Source: Flaccisagitta enflata (taxonomy: Eukaryota). From it: 64,000 nt of DNA. The stretch is from contig OZ231126.1 of the NCBI GenBank assembly GCA_965153355.1, positions 43,028,001 to 43,092,000 of the forward strand, read 5' to 3'. The notes below the pieces were generated by a model. The model saw only the letters and a list, made by a program, of their open reading frames with translations, was not told where the DNA came from and did not search any database. Both the position numbers and the translations under genes were made by a program. How positions within the stretch are numbered: position 1 is the stretch's first letter; the number at the start of each line of letters is the position of its first letter. Shown here piece by piece: positions 42,980 through 55,745 of this stretch.

Positions 42980-43925
42980 CACTATGAATAAAAATTGTAA
43001 AATCATGCTTATATATATATATGCTTTTCCTCTTCCTCTTCCGCCTCCTTATATTTCTTTTCTATCTTTCTTTTCCTCCATTTCTCTTCCTCTTCCTATT
43101 AACTTTCATATATTTTTTTTTTATTTCCTGTTCCTCTTCCTCTTCCTCTTCCTCACTCCTCTTCCTCCTCCATTTTTTTTCATGTCATGTTTTCTGTCTT
43201 TCTATGTCTGTCTTTCTATCTCTGTTATCTTTTCGCTCTTTCTATCTCTGTCTTTCTATCTATGTTGTTCTATCTCATGATCAAACTAACCTGTATTGTC
43301 TATCTTTCATCTTAGCCGTCAACTGACTATAGAACCATTAGGTAACTAACCGTATTTTGCACCATATAAATGTTACCAAAAATGCTCAAACCAAAATCTT
43401 CAAATTTACCAATACTATAAATGTACCTTACTATGTCCCTTTAATCTTCCTACCTTTCATATCACATTTACTATGCCATTTTGTATTTCAAAACTTCATT
43501 TTGCCTTTACAATTCTCTTTAAAAAAGTTTCAATCAAAACAACCTTTAAAGTAACAATAAAAAACCTTTTCAGGCATTATAATTTACCCAATTTCTCATA
43601 CAACAACCAAAAACGTACCTTCAATACACCTAAAATGGACTACCAAAAACCTGAAAGGGTATACCAAAATACCTGAGAAGAACCTCAAAAACCTTAAACC
43701 TGCCATTCCAATATACTTATACATCCATATATCAAAATTTACTTTTTCAATAAGCCTTTCAAGATTTTTTAACCATTCCTTATATCTGTGCATCTCCTCC
43801 TCAACCCTTTCCTCTTTATTTTCCTTAACTCAGCCGTTCCTAATTTCTCAGCTCTATACCAAGTACTTCTCCTTTTCATCTAAGAAGAAACAAAAGGCCA
43901 ATGTCAGAAAGTACACGAACTAGAT

Positions 43926-44110
43926 ACGGGCTATGATTTTGGCAGCCAGAGCCGAATCACAGAAGGTACAAGTTCATGGTACGGGCTATGATTTTGGCAG
44001 CCGGAGCCCAAATCACAGAAGGTACAAGTTCATGGTACAGGCCATGATTTTGGCAGCCGGAGCCCAAATCACAGAAGGTACAAGTTCATGGTACAGACTG
44101 TGATTTTGGC
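43926..44110. repeat. Subterminal 56-bp tandem repeat, about 3.3 copies
   Basis: Unit ACGGGCTATGATTTTGGCAGCCGGAGCCCAAATCACAGAAGGTACAAGTTCATGGT at 43926, 43981 and 44037, with a partial copy at 44093. Confidence 0.95.
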
Positions 44111-44216
44111 GATAGTAGTAATACTTCTTATCTTATAGTATTTTGAATGGTCATCATCATTTCTATCTTTCTTTCTATCTCCTTCTATCCTCCTGCTATC
44201 TTTCAATGGTCATCGC

Positions 44217-44263
<47 letters not shown>

Positions 44264-44564
44264 TCCCTCTTTATTTCTTTGTTACTAACCTGTGGTCAGC
44301 TTCATTTGCTATACAAAGTATAATAGAAGATAGTAAATACTGTACTGTACCTTATAATTGGCCGGAGAGACGTTCACATGGCCGTAATCTTAAGTTAAAG
44401 CTTGACCAGCATAGAAATCTGGCCACTCTATAGGGATTTCAAGCTATGAACTTGTACTGCTAAATCAAATTTACTATAGAAATAAAGAGAGCTGTAGGTA
44501 GGAGCACTAGGTATTTCCCTTAGATTTAGTGATGACGTCACACCGGTCAGTAACAAATTTTGCT

Positions 44565-44585
44565 CTATAAGACCAGAAGACTTAC

Positions 44586-44589
<4 letters not shown>
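44565..44589 (-). repeat. Putative right terminus of the Polinton-like element
   Basis: The minus strand begins AGTAGTAAGTCTTCTGGTCTTATAG (AGT-repeat start typical of Polinton TIRs) and abuts (GT)n. Confidence 0.65.
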
Positions 44590-44626
<37 letters not shown>

Positions 44627-44697
44627 TGTGTGTCTCTCTCTTTCTCTCTCTCTCTTTTTCTATCTCTCGCTCTCTCTCTCTCTTTTTTTCTTTTCAC

Positions 44698-44765
44698 CTT
44701 GAAGGCTCCGGTACCATCCTGGTGGTGCCATCTGTCGCGGATTCCGTCCTCCACCGCCGCCAACG
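44698..44765 (-). other. Possible host exon (68 nt)
   Basis: GC-rich island with a strong polypyrimidine-CAG acceptor and an AAG/GTGAAA donor; product not recognised. Confidence 0.35.
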
Positions 44766-46756
44766 CTGAAAAAAAAAGAAAAAAGAAAAAAAAAGAGCAG
44801 GTTCTGATGAAAATGTGATCTCATCGAATCTTTTTTCCCCTTGCGGCACAAATTGGATGGGTATTAAAACGCGCTAAAAAAAAAGAGTAAAAATCAGATT
44901 AAATTTCTTCAGGCGCGCAGGGAGGAAAAAAAACAAGGTTGTCAATGGAAAAACAGGTTGTCTTCCTTTGTAGAGACAAAGGCTTCCATGTATCCTTGTA
45001 AATAGAGTGCTCATGGAACGTGTGTTCATCTGAGAAGTTGCATGTGGGTCACATTGCCAATCGGCAAGTTGGCCGAATGTTCCGTTGGCTTTTTTGAGCC
45101 TAGGGTTCATTAAATCACTGCCCTGCTCCTGGCCAATGACCAATGGCCCAATAGTTCCACACTCTGCTCCATCCCAAATGCTCATTTTTTGGGGGGGCAG
45201 AATGACATAAAATAGAGCAGCGATGAGTAATATCAAAACAGCTAAAGTAAAATGTTGTGACATGAGGTTAAAGAGTGTAGTTTGCCAAACTCTGCCCAGT
45301 GCCCACTTTCTCATCCACAACGCCAAAGTCGCTTTATAGTTGGCTTGCAAATCTTTTAGCAAACGATAAAAGGGGGGCCCAATTGGAAACTTGTTAGAAG
45401 GTCACGAAACTTTGTAGAATAAGATTTCTGAGCGATACAACCTCGTAATTCCCACCCTAACACATGTCGCGAACTTTACATGATATGCACATTTCATGAA
45501 TGCCATTTTATGAATGCCAGTTGATGCCATTCGATATTACTCGATCCACAATGTAACTTCTTCTCAGGCTTTGGATCCGATGGTAAATAAAACATCTCAT
45601 GTTTTTTTTTCTCTCTATCATTGTCGCCATATGTTTTATTCCTGACAGTTATTCCCTTTCCTGTCTTCTCCTTTTCAGCTTTTTGTGCCGAAATGCCACT
45701 CAGCATAAAACACAATTTAACATTAACTGTCGCCATCAATCTCTCGCCAGCGTCATGGACATTGTTGACATCTGTTTCTTTTTTCTTCTTTTTTCGTCTC
45801 GCTCTTTTGGTAGTTTTTCTCTGTTTTTCGCTTTCTATGGTTGCTTCATTTTGTTTGTCCATCTATAAGGCATTTTTGCAAAGCGACACTATGAGTGGAC
45901 GTTCCTGTAAAAAGGTAAGAAAGTCTGTTAGCAGGTATCGACTCTTTTAGGATTACGCGGTCAAAAATCAAAATGGTAATTTCTGACCGTTATTGCCCCA
46001 GCTACAAACGATTCTTTCTGATGTATGTAAATAATGGAGACTGCATGTGTGATATGTGAAATACTACATATATGATGCGATCCGCGAACATCACAATTCA
46101 CAAACAACATGTATATCAGTTTATCTTGTAGTTGACTTGTTCGATTATGTTGTCAGTGGCTACGCCAAAATATCCCACATCAACGGTTGTAAATTTTGAT
46201 AGCTCTTTTGCCCTCCCAAAAAGCTACAAACGTCGAAGCAAATTCCGGCAAACAAAAGAATTGGGAAAGTTCGCGTTAACCTTATATCCCCCTGAACTGT
46301 GACGGCTTTTCGCTGTGAAGGAGAACAAGGCCAAGTAGGTCAACGATGTGTCTTCTATAAGTGGATGTTATTCTATGAATGAATGTTTATTTAATGGATC
46401 GATATTTTGAATGATTGAACGATTGGATGAATGAATGAATGAATGAATGAATGAATGAATGAATGAATGAATGAATGAATGAATGAATGAATGAATGAAT
46501 GAATGAATAAAAATGATGAAATGAAAAAATGAGAGGTTAGATTTGTGATATTTTTTTGATGAAAGAGTCTCAGATTTGAATGTTTGCGTACAAACCGACA
46601 GACAGACAAACAGTCATGGCTTTTTATAGAAATGCGAAAACGCATCTTAAAAGGAGGGAAAAAAATTCACTTTTCGTTCTCTGCCGGATAATAAAACTGT
46701 TTTCTGCGCCATTAACCCACTTCAGGACAGAGGCCTGCCTCCGTTTGTGTATACCT

Positions 46757-47740
<984 letters not shown>

Positions 47741-48326
47741 ACAGGGGGAGGGGGAAGGAGGTATGAAAACTACTGAACATTTATGAGGAAAGTGAAAGGA
47801 GCAAAAGAAATAAAAGTAAGCAAGAGGGCTGGCAGGCGTTTTTTTTAAATGCGAGTAATCACGAACGGTTCCGGGTGGTGACACTTTATGCGAGAAAAAG
47901 TGGCGCAATTAACCGCGTGATGGCGCAAATAACAACGACAAGAATAATAATGACTATCAAGACGACAGTTGCCTTAGAAATGAGAGTTACTTGGGTTAAA
48001 AGCATGGTTGGAACGAAGAGTGGAAGGAGGGGGGGGGTGTGCTGGCGAGGAACGGAAGTTATTGTTGTATTGATGGTTGCAAGGGCATGTAAGGTTTCAG
48101 GGAGCGGGCAAACTTCAGTACAGTTAGAAATAGAATAGTATCTACAATTAAATAGAATGGTATCTACCACAACCGACGCACATCTTCACTCATGAAAGGG
48201 AATCTTCCGTGATGCTGTCCCAATGGAATAAAAGTAAATCCTCTTAACGAGGAGTGACAGACAGACAGACAGACAGGCAGACACACAGACAGACAGACAA
48301 ACAGACACACAGACAGACACACAGAC

Positions 48327-48415
<89 letters not shown>

Positions 48416-48684
48416 GAAAGAGATAAATAGTCAGAAAGAGAGATAGACAAACAAGCAGACAGACAGACAGACAGACGAACAGACAGACAGACAGATGCAA
48501 AGAGAGAGTCAGAGTGAGACTGAGCTCTAAGGAGGCGGAAACGGAAACAGAAGAAATGAAAAATATTGAAATAAGACAAAATAGAACAAAAAGAGATGGA
48601 AAAAACAAAACTGGTAAAGAGAGAATAGGAAATGGAAAGATGAAATGTGCCGGATATTATACGGATGAAAAGCAGGGAGACAAG

Positions 48685-48778
<94 letters not shown>

Positions 48779-49143
48779 AACAGAGAGAGAGATAGCCTAA
48801 GAAAGACAGACATACAAAAACGACATCTTTAATACAGACAAAGACTGAGACAGAAATACTTACAGACAGAGACAGACATACATACATACAGACAGAGACA
48901 GAGACAGAGACAGAGACAGAGACAAAGAGAGATCGCGCACCGGATATCATAAAAATGAAGGGCGATTGGCTCCGGTGGTTGGAACGTATGATGCGAGAAA
49001 GGAGACGGAAACACAGAGCAGTAGGGAGAAAGGAAAATGGGGGTATGGCCGGTTAGCCGGATGGAAGGAAAGAGCGAAAGAGCAAAGAAGTAAGGGATGG
49101 GCGGGGAGATATACCACGCCAACTTATTCAATCCGACAATCAC

Positions 49144-49315
49144 CTTAATGCAGGGGCATTGTGTCCCATACCGTAAACACCCAACGGCAATCTCATTCAA
49201 TCTCAACGCCCTCAACGCCTCAACGTCAAGCAAATCCATTCCCACAAAGCCCTCATAAAAATCCACAACATACAATATCCGGCCTCCAGCGATGTCTATC
49301 AACATTACCGCCAAC
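49144..49315 (-). other. Possible host exon (172 nt)
   Basis: CAG/ and AAG/GT boundaries around the open frame LAVMLIDIAGGRILYVVDFYEGF..CLRYGTQCPCIK; product not recognised. Confidence 0.35.
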
Positions 49316-49539
49316 CTGATAGAATTGACTGTGACATAACTTTTATGTCGGATGTGACAAAACAGTGTCAACTTTTATGGCGTATCTGGCGATGGTGACC
49401 GCGATTTGAAAGGTGATGGCGGTAGCATTGAATGGGGTCAGATGGTGATAGTGGCAATGACATAAGCGATGACTGTTGCCTTCCTGAGTAAAGGGCCAAA
49501 TAAAATGAAATAAAAAAAAACTATCTAAACTCGAAAGAT

Positions 49540-49905
49540 TTTTTAGTCGCGTGCACGCGACTCTACAACCCGCTTTGTCGGTCCGTCCATCGGTCCGTCG
49601 GTCCGTCGGTCTGTCCGTCGGTCCGTCCATCACACTTTACTTTTTTATTATACTTTGAGTTATTTTTAGTCATTCTAAGTCATTCTAAGTCATTCTAAGT
49701 CATTTTAGTCATTTTAAGTCATTCTAAGTCATTCTAAGTTATTTTAAGTCACTTAAGTCAAATAGGTCAAAGTAGTCATTTCAGTCATTTTATGTCTTTT
49801 TAAGCCATTTAAAGTCGTCTTGAGTCGTTTTAAGTCATCTTGAGTCAATAAAAGTCATCCTAAGTTATCTATGTCCCACACGCGACTTATAGGTGTTGGC
49901 CTTGT
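49540..49905 (+). mobile_element. Short dispersed repeat family B, DINE-1/HINE-like (non-autonomous Helentron architecture)
   Basis: TTTTTAGTCGCGTGCACGCGACTCT palindrome, GTCC/GGTC microsatellite, subterminal CACGCGACT and GGCCTTGTT end. Related copies at ~7415-7830, 32708-32880, 51436-51527, 52470-52518, 53030-53210, 55766-55970, 58188-58365 and 63630-63770. Confidence 0.65.
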
Positions 49906-50067
49906 TTTTTATATTTTCCCCTTTTTTAGATAACACCATGTGACTGTCTCTGAGATTCTAATATTTTTTTCTGAGTTTCTCTCTGTCTGTCTGTCTGTCT
50001 GTCTGTCTCTATCTCCGTTTGTCTGTCTGTGTGCGTGTGTTTTTTACTGTCTGTTTGTCTGTCTCTG

Positions 50068-50135
<68 letters not shown>

Positions 50136-50341
50136 GATGGCCTCCTTCCGTGCTTTCGTCCCCCCTCTTCTTCAGATATGTTGTGGAAAAAGACAAGTTT
50201 CTGGGTTCCAACAAAAGAATCAAATCATAAATCAGGGAAACAAAACGTCATCGTTGCGCTCAGCTTAAAAACGTAGTTTCCTTCTACTACCGAGGCTAGC
50301 GCCGCCGTCGTTATGGTTTTGACGTTGTTGTTGTTTTGACG

Positions 50342-50427
<86 letters not shown>

Positions 50428-50661
50428 CCTGCTGCTGTTACTGACTCTGAATCCATTTTTTTCCTTCAGGATCAATAATTTCTTTCAACATTCCCTCAGC
50501 ATTAGGCAACAGTAATAGTTTTGGTCTCAACTGTTGTCATCCGCATCGACCAACAGCAATCCGCGGCAGCAACCTACAAATGCGCGGCTAAAGTGAAAAT
50601 TTCAAGGGGGACCGACGTCAAAAATCCCCTTTGTTGCCATCACGGCTAAAAAAAAATGGAA

Positions 50662-50767
<106 letters not shown>

Positions 50768-51380
50768 GAAGAGAGAGAAAGAGAAAGAGAGAGAAAGAAA
50801 GTCGGGAAAGTTGAAAAAAATTTACGCCTACAGAAAGACAGACAGACAGACAGACAGACAGAGAGACAGGGAAACACCATCACAAATCTGCGCACAGTCA
50901 CACATAAAGATAGCCATGGAAACAGATTCAGAAAGAGAAACTGTCAGTCAAATTCAAAGCCATATAGCAAACAGTAACACATACAACCCGATTGACGGAC
51001 ATGAAGAAAAAAAAACAAAGTACCCAAATGAGGACAGAAGCAAGGACAGACGCTTATAAACAAGGCTGGATGGACGGCAAACTCAGCCGCATGCAGGGTC
51101 AGTCATGTAGGACAGGAGGAGGCCATTGAGGCGCTTAGGCAAAAAACGCAGAAATGGACAAATGTGGTGAAAAGTGGCTTATAGAGCCGCGAAGCACACG
51201 ACTAAAAATTACCAAAACAAGGCCAACACCTTTGAGTCACGTGCGGGACATAAATAACATCAGATGACTTCAAATGACTCAACATAACTCAAAATGACTT
51301 GATATGACTTGAAATGTCTTAAAAAGACTTAAAATGACTTAAACGACTAAATTGACCAATTCAACTTAAGTGACTTCATG

Positions 51381-52379
51381 TAACCATGGCGTCAATGAAA
51401 ATGGCCGCCTATTCAAACCCCTCCCCTGAGTTCATTTTTAGTCGCGTGCTACGCGACTCTACAACCCGCTTTGTCGGCCCCTGCCCACCCGCACGCGACT
51501 GGGGTAGCCGTGTATCCGGCCTTGTTTTGACTAGCTTCAAAACTTTTTAGGTGGTAATAGAACTCTAAATTTGTGGCTCAGAGAAAAATTAGAACTCAAA
51601 AAAGTCTACAAATGTACCCGTGGCATCAATTTTTGTGAAAGGCATCCAAATATGAACTGCCAAATCACTCATGCCACAGGCACAAAAATACATTTTTTCG
51701 AGTTCTGATTTTTGCATCAGGTCCATAAACTGTAATACTATCACACACTTGAAAAAAATTGCCCCTGTTTCAAAAAATTATTTCATTAAAGAGGTGGGAC
51801 AACAGGTGTTTAAGAGATAATTTTGCACATTTTCAGTAAAATCAACAAAAAGTAGTGCAAAAATCAACATTTTTAATTTCTGATTTTTTTGTTGAATCAG
51901 AAATTTGATGAACTATTTCCACCGGAAAAATTGTGAAACTAGTTGAAAAAATGAGCTCACTGTAGAAAATTAAAGTTAGTAAAAATTTTTTATCAAAAAC
52001 TGATTATACTCCCTTGTTTCAAAATCATTACTGTGACCACAAAAATCAACTTTTTTGAGTTCTGATTTTTTTGCTGTCTCAAATATCATTTTTACTTTCT
52101 TCATCTTTGAAAAATTCAAATACAATGATGAAAAAAAAGTCATTTTTTTAGGTTCTAAAAAGAATCATTGTAAAAAGTTATTGATCAATTTATATTAGAA
52201 TACTGTTCACAAAAATTAATGCTGCGGACACAAAAATTACCTTTTTCAAATTCTGACTTTTCTGCTAAATCAGAAATTCAAAATAGTATCACCATCTCAA
52301 AGATTAGGAAGCTAGTCCAAAAATTGAACTCACAGCAGAAAATTGAACATGGCGGCCATTTTTAATGACGCCATGGTTA
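51381..52379. mobile_element. Non-autonomous TIR DNA transposon (~1 kb) with a nested short repeat
   Basis: TAACCATGGCGTCAATGAAAATGGCCGCC ... GGCGGCCATTTTTAATGACGCCATGGTTA; the terminal TA may be a target-site duplication. No ORF. Confidence 0.8.
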
Positions 52380-54322
52380 GCTTGATTTGAGTTAATATGA
52401 CCTCGAATGACTTAGAATGACCAAAAATGACTCAAAGTTTGATAAAAACGTAAATTGTGAGGGACCGACGGACGGACCGACAAAGCGGGGTGTAGAGTCG
52501 CGTAGCACGCGACTAAAAAGCGAATCTGAGTTAGAGTATAAAAGAACCATCTGCTTCCAGACAAAAAGAGAATAACGGAAACTCAAAAGAATCCTTTGAA
52601 TCTCTCTTTCTTTAAAAATAGTCTGTTGAAAAAAAAAAAAGAATTCCATTTTCCAGTAAATCAAAATGGCGTCAGGATTAATGAAATGAATGAGAAAGAA
52701 CTGCAAGATTCAAGGGATGAGTTAGTCGGCTGAGTTGGTGGGAGGTATAATGTAGTAGCCCATTTCTACTGGGCGGGTAGGTCGTCCAGCAGCATTTATA
52801 ATCAATACAAATGACTATGGCGAAAAAGAAAAAAAAAAGAGAGAGAAAATGTTTGTCAATGTTTCACAACCAGGCAATGGGAAAACGTAAGAGAAATCCA
52901 TGACTATTTTGAATCTCTGTAAAAGATCTTTCAAGTGAGAAGTGGCAATGGCATTTGTAATTTCAGGATTTTCAAATTCGAAACTCTTTAATTTGCTCAA
53001 GTAACAAGTAACAAGTTGCATTTACAAGAACAAGGCTGTAAACGCGGCTACCCCAGTCGCGTGTGGGTGGGCAAGGGCCATATTTGAGATCACTAGAGCA
53101 TTTGGGCAGGAGCTGTGAGGCCAAAAACCGCAAAAAAACAAAACGACCGACCAACCAACCAACGGACGGACGGGTAAAGCTGGGTAGAGAGTCGCGAAGC
53201 ACGCGACTGAAAACGTAAATACAAAAATTGCTGGTTGAAAACAAATCAAATTTTGCACTGTTTTAATTAGCGATATCTTTCTGCAAACCTTTGCCATTTC
53301 GAGCGTAGCGTAGCGTAGCGTAGCGTAGTAAAACGAGTAAAGCTATTTTCAAGATTTTTCATAGAGCTTTCAAGTTGCCATGAAATTTTTTTGATAGATT
53401 ATGCCAACAATAAAAAAAGAAATTTGCGAAAAAGTTAGAAATCGCTATTTCTGCCGTATTTGCATCATCCAAAAATCCGCGTTACGGACCGACGGACAGA
53501 CGGACCATCCGACCTCCGGACCACGAGCGCGCGACTAAACAGGTATTCTCTGTATTCTTCTTGGATGAATCGTTCTTTCTCCTTTCTCGTCTCTCTGAAT
53601 TTGAATTTCGTCTATTATGGAGTTGGACATCTTTCATCTTTTATGGCCACATATTCCATTAACGCTTTCCTCCTCCGCGCGCCAAAACGGGGAATCAGCC
53701 ATACATCACCAAACCCAACAAAATCAGCCATACATTACCAAACCCAACTAAATCACCAAACCTAACCAAATGAGCAACTCGTAATTCACTTAATTCAAGG
53801 AGTGAATGAATGAGGAATGAACCAGTGAGTGGCGAGATGTTCTCTCACCGGTCCAACAATTTTTTTCACCTGTAACACAGTTTAACCATGAACAAGTGAC
53901 GCGGGGTCACAAATGCCGTTGCGGACGGGTGGGAAGGGGCATCCAACCCCCATCCACACCCCAACCCCAACACTCAAACATACACAAAAAGTATCCAAAA
54001 TGCTTGTTTTCCCACATTTCAACTCGATGACCCCCTACTGAAAGACCGACGGACCGATGGACAAAGCCTCTTATAGAGTTGCGTCTCCGCAACTAAAAAC
54101 AAACCAACTGTTTTTTCCAAGATCTAAGACAATGAAGAGACGGCAAAATATCGTCAGCCTTCGAAAAGACGAAACGGAGAACAAAAATGATTCATAAATC
54201 AGAAACGTGACAAACAAAACGAGAATCTGAGGCGCATTCAAATTTCAATGGAAGTCGGAAAACATGAAGGAGTTCGTAAGTTGAATGTCGAGACTCGTAA
54301 TGTTGTCAACAAAAACAAACCA

Positions 54323-54404
<82 letters not shown>

Positions 54405-54409
54405 GCACG

Positions 54410-54523
<114 letters not shown>

Positions 54524-55130
54524 CACCAGTCATGGACTTTTTTCTAGCCCTCTGAATATCGATATCCAAATACAGTGGGGCCCCGCCTCATCGGTCCCAT
54601 TGGGACTGAAGATTTTTGACCTTTATCTCAGGATAACCTTTAAAGAGAGGTGAAATCACATTAAAAACTACCATTTGGGATCTCAAAATGCTGACCTTTA
54701 TTGATGGGGAGCCTTTTAAAGCGAGGCTGTTATTGCGGGGCTCCACTGTATACGTATAATCTCAATGTCCACGCCTCCTCCTGGGTCCCGACTCTTAAGC
54801 GTTACATGGTCAGCGGTACCCGATGCCCATATTTGAGTGTACGTGGGAGTGAGATGATGAGAGGGGCAGCGCGGGGGCCTCAGAGGGACTGATGACCTAT
54901 GATTCCACACTGGACGCATAGGGTCTTGAAAACCAGATTTGATGTCTGAGATGCCATACTTGGAGTCTGAGAGACCTAATTTGGGGTCTGAGAGACCTGA
55001 TTTGGGGTCAGATAGCCCAGTTTGAGGCTTTGGTAGGGCGGGAGGCGGACAATATGACAGACAGACATATATGGACAGACGGATAGACAGACGGACGGAC
55101 AGATGGACAAACAGACAGATGGACAGACGA

Positions 55131-55187
<57 letters not shown>

Positions 55188-55703
55188 TGGACGGAAAATG
55201 GGAACTGAAGAAAATTTCCCTATGTGGAATCATAGGTCATTAGCACCTCTGGTCTGCGGCCGCTGCTCAAAAACGAAAAATAGAGGAGAAGGATTCATGG
55301 TAAATAATTGACATTCTGGGGGTGGTAAAGGGAAATGGTGGTAAGTGGGTGGTAAAGGGATGGTAACTGGAAAGTGGTGGTAAGGGAAAATGGTGGCGCC
55401 TTGGAAGGTTATTGAGGCCGGGTATAGAAGGAAAGAATTGGGCTTCCACAAGTGATATGCGTGAGGCCGATAGCGACTATCGAGTGAATAGGCTCCAGCA
55501 AGACCATTAGCCGACGAGGAAGACCATATATATGTATGTGTGTGCCCATACAGAAGGCATGTTTGGTGGTGCCCATGGAATGCTTTTTATCGAAGTTTGG
55601 AACCGAGATCTACACGGAAGAAATTGCTGGGCGTCAAACTCCTTTAGAATTTTGGATGATGGATGCCGATTAACGCTGAGAAGAAAGAGAGGAGGAAAGA
55701 AAA

Positions 55704-55745
<42 letters not shown>

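Noticed and set aside
43926-44110. 56-bp array (and the 42.7 kb and 9.9 kb arrays) as CRISPR
   Set aside because: The units are head-to-tail without unique spacers, there are no cas genes, and the context is eukaryotic.
44874-45362. 162-aa minus-strand ORF
   Set aside because: No recognisable motif or clear splice structure, and it lies outside the putative element end.
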